Positions 10,772 to 18,634 of a stretch of 64,000 nucleotides of DNA are shown in pieces. The translations under genes were made by a program, and so were the position numbers. The notes below the pieces were generated by a model. It saw only the letters and a program-made list of their open reading frames with translations, was not told where the DNA came from and searched no databases. The stretch comes from an uncultured virus (IMG/VR IMGVR_UViG_3300046002_006897) (Duplodnaviria; Heunggongvirae; Uroviricota; Caudoviricetes): IMG/VR virus record IMGVR_UViG_3300046002_006897. The stretch is one strand, 5' to 3'. Position 1 is the first letter of the stretch. Each line of letters opens with the position of its first letter.

Positions 10772-11025
10772 TGACAATTCATTTTTTTCCATACATAGTT
10801 CTATTTATTAAATAACAGTAATAACAAATTCAATGAGACATTATTCAATCAAATCGCAATCCGTGACCTCCAAGTGGAGTGTGCGCTTTAATGCGACACA
10901 ACCTACACTCGGAGCCAATGAAGGCGACTTGTTGGGTGGTCCGGTTGAGGAAAAGATTTTCTAAATAAAAATCAAATCCAAAACCTCCGGAACCACCCTC
11001 TAAAAAAGAAGGTGGTTTTTTAATT
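10772..11025 (+). promoter_or_regulatory. Sigma70-like promoter, 43-aa leader ORF (10833-10964) and alternative terminator/antiterminator hairpins
   Basis: TTGACA..CATAGT; 10934-10950 is complementary to 10984-10998, which overlaps the terminator stem 10991-11017 plus U-tract. Confidence 0.6.
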
Positions 11026-11484
11026 TTAGGGAAAGTAAGTAAGAAAAAGTTTGACAGAAGATAAAAAAGAGTCAAGGTGACAGAAGATAAGAAAAAGAAA
11101 GGGTAGCGAAAGAGAAAGTTAAAAAAAGTTCGAAAAGATAGTTGACAGCGAAAGATAAAAGAGTAAGATGGTCAGCGTTGTAGTAGCAAAGGCGAAACAA
11201 CAAAAAGTTTTTTCACAGTACAATTTTGACAGGTAAAAGCGCACCTAGAAAGCGTGCTAAAATAGCCACCGGCCCATTTAGGGACCGTTTTGTGGGAATC
11301 AATATCAATAAGTTCAGGTAGGGTTGAGGTTAGAGTGAGTAACTTTATTGTGAGGCCGAAGTATAAGTTATTTTTAATAAAGTTGGAGAGATCAACAATA
11401 AGATACGCAAGTAGCGTATTGAGTTGGCCTCTCCTAACAATTTCAAGTCGTTCTACTGACCGACTCTAAATAAATCAGTTATAT

Positions 11485-11563
11485 GGAAGTCAAGCTATTC
11501 GGGACGGGCACCTCCCTCTTAAGGAGAACATTCGTGTGGGTTCAACTCCCACGGCTTCCACCA
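11485..11563 (+). tRNA. tRNA-Lys(CTT)
   Basis: Cloverleaf, anticodon loop CTCTTAA, CCA end. Confidence 0.85.
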
Positions 11564-11624
11564 TTTTTTCAAAATAATTGATGTTATGTGAGTATATATT
11601 ATATTTATTTTTACACATCAAATT

Positions 11625-11957
11625 ATGAACGACCATAAAGATTTACTTGGAGAATTTCTGTCCGGTGGATGGATTGTAGCAATAATCGGAGCAGCGGGTA
11701 TGATAGCAAGATTGCTGACCGACGATGTAAAGATTACACTGATGCAACAAGTTAAAAGAATACTTGCCGCATCAATATGTTCTGTCATTACATGGTTTTT
11801 ATTAGAAAATGTAGATTTAAGTAGTCTGACTAAAGCCGTAACATACGGAGTAGTTGGAGTAATCAGTCCAGAAATTTTAGAAGGTTTGTCGAAGTTGGGA
11901 AAGAGTTTTGCAAAAAATCCTTTCAAATTCTTCAGGCGGACAAAAAAGATTGAGTAA
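11625..11957 (+). CDS. Small membrane protein, holin-like
   Basis: Three hydrophobic segments and a basic C-terminus. Confidence 0.55.
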   Translation: MNDHKDLLGEFLSGGWIVAIIGAAGMIARLLTDDVKITLMQQVKRILAASICSVITWFLLENVDLSSLTKAVTYGVVGVISPEILEGLSKLGKSFAKNPFKFFRRTKKIE

Positions 11958-11961
11958 TAGT

Positions 11962-12038
11962 GCGGGGTTGATGTTTAACGGTTAGCATACGAGTTTTCCA
12001 AACTTGATGTGGGGGTTCGAATCCCCCACCCCGCTCCA
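11962..12038 (+). tRNA. tRNA-Gly(TCC)
   Basis: Loop TTTCCAA, TCCA end. Confidence 0.95.
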
Positions 12039-12115
12039 ATTTGTACTAGGTTTGGTGTTCCAACCATTCCGAAGATATATAGCAAACACTAAATACGCAG
12101 TACAGCAAATTTTTT

Positions 12116-12201
12116 GGCTTATTATACCGCTAAGGACGCGGTTCGCACTGTAAATGCGAAGCCCTCGGGCTGGGTTGGTTCGATACCGACATAAGCCACC
12201 A
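12116..12201 (+). tRNA. tRNA-Tyr(GTA)
   Basis: Loop CTGTAAA, long variable arm, CCA. Confidence 0.9.
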
Positions 12202-12208
12202 TTTTTAT

Positions 12209-12284
12209 CCGCTTATAGCTCAATTGGCAGAGCACGCTCTTTATAGGGGCATGGTTGTGGGTTCAACTCCTACTGGGCGGACCA
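12209..12284 (+). tRNA. tRNA-Ile(TAT)
   Basis: Loop TTTATAG, CCA. Confidence 0.85.
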
Positions 12285-12295
12285 ATTTATAATAC

Positions 12296-12383
12296 GGAAA
12301 GTTGGCAGAGTGGTCTAATGCAGGACTTTGCTAAAGTCCCGATCCGAAAGGGTCCATAGGTTCGAATCCTATATTTTCCGCCA
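12296..12383 (+). tRNA. tRNA-Ser(GCT)
   Basis: Loop TTGCTAA, long variable arm, GCCA. Confidence 0.95.
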
Positions 12384-12448
12384 AATTTAGATTCTTGCAA
12401 GACGGTGTTCCTTTGAATTGCAATTCAATCGAAGTGACCGCAGCTGAA

Positions 12449-12532
12449 GTCAGTGGTGAATGATATAATGGCATTATTTCTCCCATAAAGGAGAATATCT
12501 GGGTTCGACTCCCAGTTTACCGAAAAGCTGAC
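12449..12532 (+). ncRNA. tRNA-like core with no CCA, extended by a GTCAG/CTGAC helix
   Basis: T-arm CTGGG-TTCGACT-CCCAG; TCTCC/GGAGA stem with a 6-nt loop. Confidence 0.55.
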
Positions 12533-12549
12533 ATGAGGCAAAACTTTAC

Positions 12550-12624
12550 GCCGAATAAACATAAATGGTAATGTGCTAGTCTTGTAAACTAGATAAGCGG
12601 GTTCGATTCCCGCATTTGGCTCCA
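12550..12624 (+). tRNA. tRNA-Thr(TGT)
   Basis: Loop CTTGTAA, CCA. Confidence 0.95.
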
Positions 12625-12709
12625 ATTTGTAGGTCGCAATATTCTGAATTATAATTCAGCGAAGATATTCCAATTATTGCGTTAGTGGAATTCGCCTATA
12701 ACAATTTAT

Positions 12710-12785
12710 GCCGTGTGACATAGCTGGTTGTGATGACTCCTCTGCAAAAGGATGGAGATTGGTTCGATTCCAATACGCGGCTCCA
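12710..12785 (+). tRNA. tRNA-Cys(GCA)
   Basis: Loop CTGCAAA, TCCA. Confidence 0.85.
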
Positions 12786-12793
12786 ATTTATAT

Positions 12794-12867
12794 GCGGGAT
12801 TAGTTTAGTGGTAGAATGTGACATTGCCAATGTCGATACGGGAGTTCGATTCTCCCATCCCGCACCA
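12794..12867 (+). tRNA. tRNA-Gly(GCC)
   Basis: Loop TTGCCAA, CCA. Confidence 0.95.
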
Positions 12868-13004
12868 CTTTGACAGGATGGAATGGGCGTCGTATAGTTG
12901 GTAAATCAACTTGCAGTCCAACGTGAACCAACCCAGCAGCAACGAAGCGTGAGAAAAGTTGAGTTCTCATGTGAAGCTAGTAGAAGTTCTGTCAATAATT
13001 TTAT

Positions 13005-13082
13005 GGCCATGTGACGTAACTGGATAAACGTGTTAGTTTTAGAAACTAAATTCTGTGGGTTCGAGTCCCACCTTGGCTACCA
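13005..13082 (+). tRNA. tRNA-Leu(TAG), short variable loop
   Basis: Loop TTTAGAA, 5-nt variable loop, CCA. Confidence 0.8.
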
Positions 13083-13298
13083 TTTTAGGTCGAAACAATG
13101 AGTTGCATAAATTCAATGAAACGGTTGGTTAATAACCAACAGCCACTTTTCTTGGCGCGACTTTTAATTTTGATAGTGTATGTGTTTTCGTCTCTAAAAT
13201 CTTACGGCACATGGAAGACGTGTAACGGGTTCAAAGTCCGACCACTTTGCATTGAGCAGAGTGAGTAAGCCAACCATATACATTATCAAAAAATTTAT

Positions 13299-13374
13299 GG
13301 GAGTTTGGTGAAGGCGGTCCTCACGTCGCACTGAAGATGCGAAGAAGTTGGTTCAATTCCAACAGCTCCCACCA
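13299..13374 (+). tRNA. tRNA-Phe(GAA)
   Basis: Loop CTGAAGA, CCA. Confidence 0.9.
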
Positions 13375-13380
13375 TTTTAT

Positions 13381-13454
13381 TGAGATATGTTGTAGTGGTA
13401 GCAACGGAGTCTTTGAAACTCTTAGTCTTGGTTCGATTCCAAGTATCTCAGCCA
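13381..13454 (+). tRNA. tRNA-Gln(TTG) copy 1
   Basis: Loop CTTTGAA, GCCA. Confidence 0.95.
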
Positions 13455-13603
13455 GTTTGAGAAACCTATACCAATAGGTGTATAAGCCGAACGGCCCGAG
13501 AGGGATGGACGTGAGCTATAGCATGGATGTGTAATCGAAAGAGTATCCACCAAGACTTGTTCTTGGCGCAAAAATCCATTGTGACAACACCTCAAACATT
13601 TAT

Positions 13604-13679
13604 CGGAGTGTGGTGACAAAGGTTGTCGATTCGTTTTGGAAACGAAATTATGCAGGTTCGAGTCCTGTCACTCCGACCA
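13604..13679 (+). tRNA. tRNA-Pro(TGG)
   Basis: Loop TTTGGAA, CCA. Confidence 0.9.
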
Positions 13680-13686
13680 CTTTTAT

Positions 13687-13760
13687 TGAGATATGTTGTA
13701 GTGGTAGCAACGGAGTCTTTGAAACTCTTAGTCTTGGTTCGATTCCAAGTATCTCAGCCA
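13687..13760 (+). tRNA. tRNA-Gln(TTG) copy 2
   Basis: Identical to 13381-13454. Confidence 0.95.
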
Positions 13761-13767
13761 TTTTTAT

Positions 13768-13842
13768 TGCGATATAGTGTTAAGGTAGCACAGCCCGACT
13801 GTTAATCGGGAAGTGATGGTTCAAGTCCATCTTTCGCAGCCA
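13768..13842 (+). tRNA. tRNA-Asn(GTT)
   Basis: Loop CTGTTAA, GCCA. Confidence 0.95.
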
Positions 13843-14007
13843 TTTTATTATACAACAACTGCGGAGATAGTAATTCCAAAAAAGTTGTTACTGTATGAGT
13901 AGAAGATATCGTGAATTAATTACTATGTCACGTGAAGCGAAAAATATAGGATAATATAAAGGTGAAGCCTCATCTTGAATGGGTTAAATTCCCAAAGGCA
14001 TTTTTAT

Positions 14008-14085
14008 TCTCATCGGGCTGGCATGGTGTTAAGCACGTGACTGTTAATCACGATAAGCGTGGATCGTTACCACGGGTGGGAGCCA
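14008..14085 (+). tRNA. tRNA-Asn(GTT)
   Basis: Loop CTGTTAA, atypical T-loop, GCCA. Confidence 0.85.
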
Positions 14086-14219
14086 ATTTAATGTAGCTGA
14101 GAACGGATGCAAGCGGTATACCGAAACGCCGAAAGGTTGACCTTGGAAACAAGCGGTATGTGTCGATACAAAAGTATCATAACAGAGTGGAACTCACACT
14201 CTCATTAAAAATTTTATAT

Positions 14220-14298
14220 GGAACTAAAGCCACAGTGGACGGGCAGCGGTCTTTTAAACCGTTAATTCGTGTGGGTTCAACTCCCACTGGTTCCACCA
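14220..14298 (+). tRNA. tRNA-Lys(TTT)
   Basis: Loop CTTTTAA, CCA. Confidence 0.9.
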
Positions 14299-14358
14299 TT
14301 TTGTTAGCTTTTTTGTACATATGAGTTATATTTATAGAAATACCACCATTATTTACAT

Positions 14359-14784
14359 ATGAAAAAAAGCGAACTTAAAGATATTATAGCCGAATGCGTT
14401 ACCGAAGTCATTCAAGAACAAGGTTTACCAGAAGGTTGGGGACAAGACATGTTGAAAGGTTTGAAGAAGACCTTCACGGGCGATGGTCCAGACAGTGGAG
14501 CAGCACATTATGATAGAAATGCAAAAATGCACAATAAACGCGTGGATTACAGTAAAGCATCTATCGGAGATAAGTCTAAGATGCGGGCCGGAGCAAGAAA
14601 AACGGTAGAGGCTTCGAAACAAGAATTTGAAACTAAGTTAAAAGAAATGCTGCGCAGTGCATTCGTAGAAGCCGAATCAGTCGGAATGAAGCGCGAAGAC
14701 GTAACAAAAGCATTTCGTTCCGCAATCACGAGTATTTTTAACAAATATAAAAGACTCGAAGAGATAGCAGAAGAACAACAATAA
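14359..14784 (+). CDS. hypothetical protein with MKKSELK..I.E leader
   Basis: ORF preceded by TATATTTATA. Confidence 0.7.
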   Translation: MKKSELKDIIAECVTEVIQEQGLPEGWGQDMLKGLKKTFTGDGPDSGAAHYDRNAKMHNKRVDYSKASIGDKSKMRAGARKTVEASKQEFETKLKEMLRSAFVEAESVGMKREDVTKAFRSAITSIFNKYKRLEEIAEEQQ

Positions 14785-14936
14785 TTTTTAGGTGATGTGT
14801 GAGGTTTCACTGACTCACACTTAGTCGAGAAGCTCGATAACCTTTTGGGTGTGAGGGGCGACTATCGTGTCGCCGACATCTTTGGTCCCCACCAATTTGT
14901 CGCAATGGGGCAATACCTCACACATATAATTTATAT

Positions 14937-15019
14937 AGCAGAGACAAGCCAAGGGACGCTGAGTGCGCTCATAACGCATCCGAAAGGTATGATGGATTCG
15001 ATTTCCATCTCTGCTACCA
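14937..15019 (+). tRNA. tRNA-Met(CAT), atypical with an extra variable hairpin
   Basis: Loop CTCATAA, CC-GAAA-GG arm, CCA. Confidence 0.75.
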
Positions 15020-15108
15020 ATTTCGTATTCGTGTTTCGGACCAAAAGAATATAGAGTGACATACGACTCTTTCAATTGGAAAAATCAGAGCACCCAATTT
15101 ATTTTTAT

Positions 15109-15184
15109 CAGTGTGTGGTGCAAGAGGTTGGCGATTCCGCTTGGAACGGAAATTATGTAGGTTCGAGTCCTATCACACTGACCA
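15109..15184 (+). tRNA. tRNA-Pro(TGG)
   Basis: Loop CTTGGAA, CCA. Confidence 0.9.
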
Positions 15185-15249
15185 ATTTTTAACATACACA
15201 GTAGTCCTCTTGATTTATATCAATGTCAATAATGGCTGTGTGAAACTTT

Positions 15250-15326
15250 GGAGTGGGAGCTTATGAAGCACAAGCAATAGATTGTCAATCTATAGAAAGT
15301 CGGTGCAAATCCGATGCACTCCGCCA
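15250..15326 (+). tRNA. tRNA-Asp(GTC)
   Basis: Loop TTGTCAA, GCCA. Confidence 0.8.
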
Positions 15327-15453
15327 ATTTTACGATTTGAATATGGACGCATATTCATTCGTCGCGTCTGATTCAAGGTGACTGGCAGTCCTTGTGGCTG
15401 GGTTCTAGACTAAGTTGTTTCGACTACAACGGCGCGACATATTTAAATTTTAT

Positions 15454-15529
15454 GGTGTTATAGTGTAAAGGTCGCACTGGCTGATTGTCAATCAGCAAGA
15501 CGGGGTTCGAGTTCCCCGTAACACCGCCA
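15454..15529 (+). tRNA. tRNA-Asp(GTC)
   Basis: Loop TTGTCAA, GCCA. Confidence 0.9.
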
Positions 15530-15570
15530 CTTTGAGTCGCAATATGGAAACATATATGCCGATTTTATAT

Positions 15571-15646
15571 GCGCACGTCGTCCAACTGGATAGGACATCA
15601 GATTACGAATCTGAGAATTAGGGTTCGAATCCCTACGAGCGCACCA
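15571..15646 (+). tRNA. tRNA-Arg(ACG)
   Basis: Loop TTACGAA, CCA. Confidence 0.95.
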
Positions 15647-15652
15647 TTTTAT

Positions 15653-15729
15653 GGAGACGCTGGCAAAGTAGAGCCGACCTCGCTTCGAACGAGTTATAAC
15701 TATAGGTTAGAGTCCTATCGCCTCCACCA
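15653..15729 (+). tRNA. tRNA-Arg(TCG)
   Basis: Loop CTTCGAA, CCA. Confidence 0.8.
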
Positions 15730-16400
15730 ATTTTTGAGCGGCAGCGTGGAAGGACATACAGCCTTGAGAAGTTCTATTACGCACAGTATAGTGTACATAA
15801 AGCTGTGCCTCTGAAACGAAGCGATGACTACCTAATAGATCGGGTCAGATTCAATGTCATCAATAGGTATCAATTCCTATCCGACTCAAATTAATTTTGA
15901 ATAGCAGCTCGGAGTGTAGAAAAGTTTTTCCCTTTTCGGTACGAGCATGGGGTTAAACCATCAGCGGAAAAATAAGCAACGAAAAGCCTCTAAGTTCATA
16001 ACAATATGTTAAATGGGAAAATAATAACATGTTGGAATTTATGCGCAAACAGGAAACTCGCTATAGTGTAGATATATAAAGCAAAACTACATCTATTCAA
16101 AAATTTTTGGATATGTTGCGGAACGTCTAGACAATTAACGCAAAGCTAGTCAAAGAGAATTAACATTCTTGATTGTAAGTTCAAATCTTACCTATCCAAA
16201 TTTTTTAATTTACAGAGAGTTAAGGGTACAGCCATTGGAATATCGCAGTGGGTTCATGTAGCGTAATAAGCACTCTTGACCAAACACTTTCTAATATTTG
16301 GACAGAAGTCTAGTTGTTTGTAAAACAGGAGTCGGTGTAATCATATTGATGTTTTTCAACAGGCAACCGTGCGCGGAATAATCGGGTGCTGTTCATTTTT

Positions 16401-16476
16401 GGCCCTATAGAATAATGGTTGAGTTCGCCTGCCTTTCAAGCAGGAGAGCCGGGATCGTGACCCGGTGGGGCTACCA
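16401..16476 (+). tRNA. tRNA-Glu(TTC)
   Basis: Loop CTTTCAA, CCA. Confidence 0.9.
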
Positions 16477-16606
16477 ATTTGTCATCATTGAGGGCAGAAA
16501 TATGAAATAGCAGTGGTGTAATGGTAGCACAGGGACAGCAAATCTTGCGATATGGTTCGATTCCATGCAGTGAAAAATAAGTCTGAGCGACCTGAAATGA
16601 CAAAAA

Positions 16607-16879
16607 TTTTTGTTGAGGAGGTTGGTCTAGAGGCAGCAATCCTATAATGAGTAGAGTCCGTACTCCAAGCTAGTAAAAGTGCAGCGATGAATTCTCGAAT
16701 TCTGCATTTCCCATTACCAACTATAATGGTTCGCGTGGAGGCAATTCAGACGCGAACCGATAAGAACTACGGAATTGACCTTAGCTCGGTGCCGAAAATG
16801 TAAGCGCAAATATAGTTGTTATATATTTGGCCGCGAAACGGTGTTAGCTCTTTTGGCGTAATAGCACACTCTTCAAAAA
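16607..16879 (+). ncRNA. Structured RNA containing a 23S rRNA H43/H44 (L11-binding domain)-like module
   Basis: AGGAGGTTGGTCTAGAGGCAGCAATCCTATAATGAGT ... GCGTAATAGCACACT, closed by a terminal helix. Confidence 0.75.
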
Positions 16880-16888
16880 TATTTAAAT

Positions 16889-16967
16889 GGCGATATCGTC
16901 TATGTTTGGAAAGGACAGGATATTCTCAATATTCAAAGGTCGGTTCGACTCCCGACTATCGCCACCA
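16889..16967 (+). tRNA. tRNA-Glu(CTC)
   Basis: Loop TTCTCAA, CCA. Confidence 0.85.
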
Positions 16968-16969
16968 TT

Positions 16970-18328
16970 TTATGTTTTCCATTTACGAATTAAGTTTTTC
17001 AACTTGATTCTGTGCTCGCGGATTTTTTGCTTACTGCGCAATCTGATATAATTAGCAACTTCCTCCGCGCCACCAAAAGTTAACATTTCAACTATATCGT
17101 TAATATCTTTTGGAATAAATTTTTCTTGGGTCTGTGGGTCGGCGAACATGTATGTTTGATTTGAAGAATTTCGATATGCTTGATATTTTTTCATCGCATT
17201 CCCTAACACACTTTCTAGATTGAAATCGGATAATCTCACCAAGTTTTCGTAACTAGAATCGTCCAATACACCGCGAACAATATTTGACATTGGTTTGCCG
17301 TAAGTTTTAATATTCACAACGTGTGTTATAGCGTTGGTGATTTGGTCGAGATAATCTCCGTCGTAACTTTTCAAGAACTTGGTCAAATCTTTAGAGAGGA
17401 ATACACCATTGTCTCTTCCATGATGAAAGATGCACCACCACGCTAAGTTTTTTCCCAGCGCATCGTAATCTTCGGTTCCTAGATATTCTTCTAGGTCGTC
17501 CTCTATACGACCGTCGTCTAGGATGTTATAATGTTCTGCTATTAGCGTAGACAGTTTAGGAACAAACTCGTCGCCATGATCTTTTACCCACTCTTCGTTT
17601 TTCTTTTCTTCCACTTCTTGCTGTCTGTCTGAAATATTGCTTTCATCGTCATCAAGGTATTCCGTTAATTTTTCCATTGCTTCTTCCGGCAATATTTCTG
17701 ATAAATATTCCCCCGGTCTAGACATGGTATGGTCCTGAGAATTATACAATGTCCAATCACGACTGTTCGCCCCGGACGGAGAGAGCAACGCCAATCGAGC
17801 CATTGGTTTTTCAGATTCTCGGTCATGTATAAGAATTACGGTGTTTTCAGAGTAGTAATCCTGCCAATAATCTTCGCTGCTTGAAATACACCAGTTGGTT
17901 TTTCCGGCTGCAAAATTTCCAACTGCATCTTGTGAGCGCGGACCGACAATTAAAAATCTGTCATCTTCGTAAATCAGTTCGGTGTCTGCGGCTAATTTTT
18001 CTCTGTTGCTAAGTTTCTTCGCGGCTTCGTCGGTGGCTCGGACAAACTCTTCATAAGTTTTGTACTTGTTGATGTCAATGCTTGATAGCTTGTTGAAGTG
18101 CACCTTAATTCTCTGTAACAAATCATTAGCGAACACTTTGTTTTCAATTTTGTCGGATACGGTGACGATCTTTCCAAGCCAGTCGAGATACTTCTTGTTG
18201 GCGGTAAAGTCGCCATCTATAAGTAAGTTCTGCATCCATAATGGGAGGTTTACGTATTTCTCTTGAAAGTCAGAAACTCGACTTTCCAGCAATAAATATG
18301 GCAATAAAGATGATAATTTGATGTGCAT
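16970..18328 (-). CDS. hypothetical protein (contains the WCIS motif seen in large-phage proteins)
   Basis: 452-aa ORF; TATATTTATA upstream on the minus strand. Confidence 0.75.
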   Translation of the reverse strand: MHIKLSSLLPYLLLESRVSDFQEKYVNLPLWMQNLLIDGDFTANKKYLDWLGKIVTVSDKIENKVFANDLLQRIKVHFNKLSSIDINKYKTYEEFVRATDEAAKKLSNREKLAADTELIYEDDRFLIVGPRSQDAVGNFAAGKTNWCISSSEDYWQDYYSENTVILIHDRESEKPMARLALLSPSGANSRDWTLYNSQDHTMSRPGEYLSEILPEEAMEKLTEYLDDDESNISDRQQEVEEKKNEEWVKDHGDEFVPKLSTLIAEHYNILDDGRIEDDLEEYLGTEDYDALGKNLAWWCIFHHGRDNGVFLSKDLTKFLKSYDGDYLDQITNAITHVVNIKTYGKPMSNIVRGVLDDSSYENLVRLSDFNLESVLGNAMKKYQAYRNSSNQTYMFADPQTQEKFIPKDINDIVEMLTFGGAEEVANYIRLRSKQKIREHRIKLKNLIRKWKT

Positions 18329-18392
18329 TAGTAATTATAAATATAATGCAGTGATTATAATAAACGATTTTACAGAATTTGATTTATAATAT

Positions 18393-18467
18393 GGTGTGGT
18401 AGAACAATGGTAGTTCAACGTCTTGATAAGGCGAAGGTTGTGGGTTCGACTCCCACCCGCACCACCA
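18393..18467 (+). tRNA. tRNA-Ile(GAT)
   Basis: Loop TTGATAA, CCA. Confidence 0.9.
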
Positions 18468-18471
18468 ATTT

Positions 18472-18547
18472 GAAGAAGTAGCTCAGAGAAAGAGCGCCGG
18501 TGTTTCAACGTCTGTGAGGTCGGTGGTTCAAGTCCACCCTTCTTCGA
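18472..18547 (+). pseudogene. tRNA-like element with disrupted anticodon arm and no CCA
   Basis: Perfect acceptor GAAGAAG/CTTCTTC, D- and T-arms present, anticodon stem poorly paired. Confidence 0.6.
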
Positions 18548-18555
18548 TATTTTAT

Positions 18556-18632
18556 GGGGTCGCATGTACTAAGGATAGCGACGGATACTTGCAATATCTG
18601 TGATGTGAGTTCGATTCTCACCGATTCCACCA
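18556..18632 (+). tRNA. tRNA-Ala(TGC)
   Basis: G3:U70, loop CTTGCAA, CCA. Confidence 0.9.
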
Positions 18633-18634
18633 AT

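Noticed and set aside
11382..11438. SRP (4.5S) RNA
   Set aside because: It is a long GNRA-capped hairpin, but the CAGG/AGCA internal loop is not matched. Left as an unassigned unit.
13486..13512. 16S h12-like segment (CCCGAGAGGG)
   Set aside because: The match is too short and is explained by a generic GAGA tetraloop hairpin.
16607..16879. A true rRNA gene or host rRNA contamination
   Set aside because: Only about 52 nt resemble 23S rRNA, split by an unrelated insert and embedded among phage tRNAs.
12425..18565. Short ORFs in the track that overlap tRNAs (e.g. 12425, 13422, 13623, 14821, 15569, 16436, 18335)
   Set aside because: They are translations of tRNA/ncRNA sequence with no coding features.
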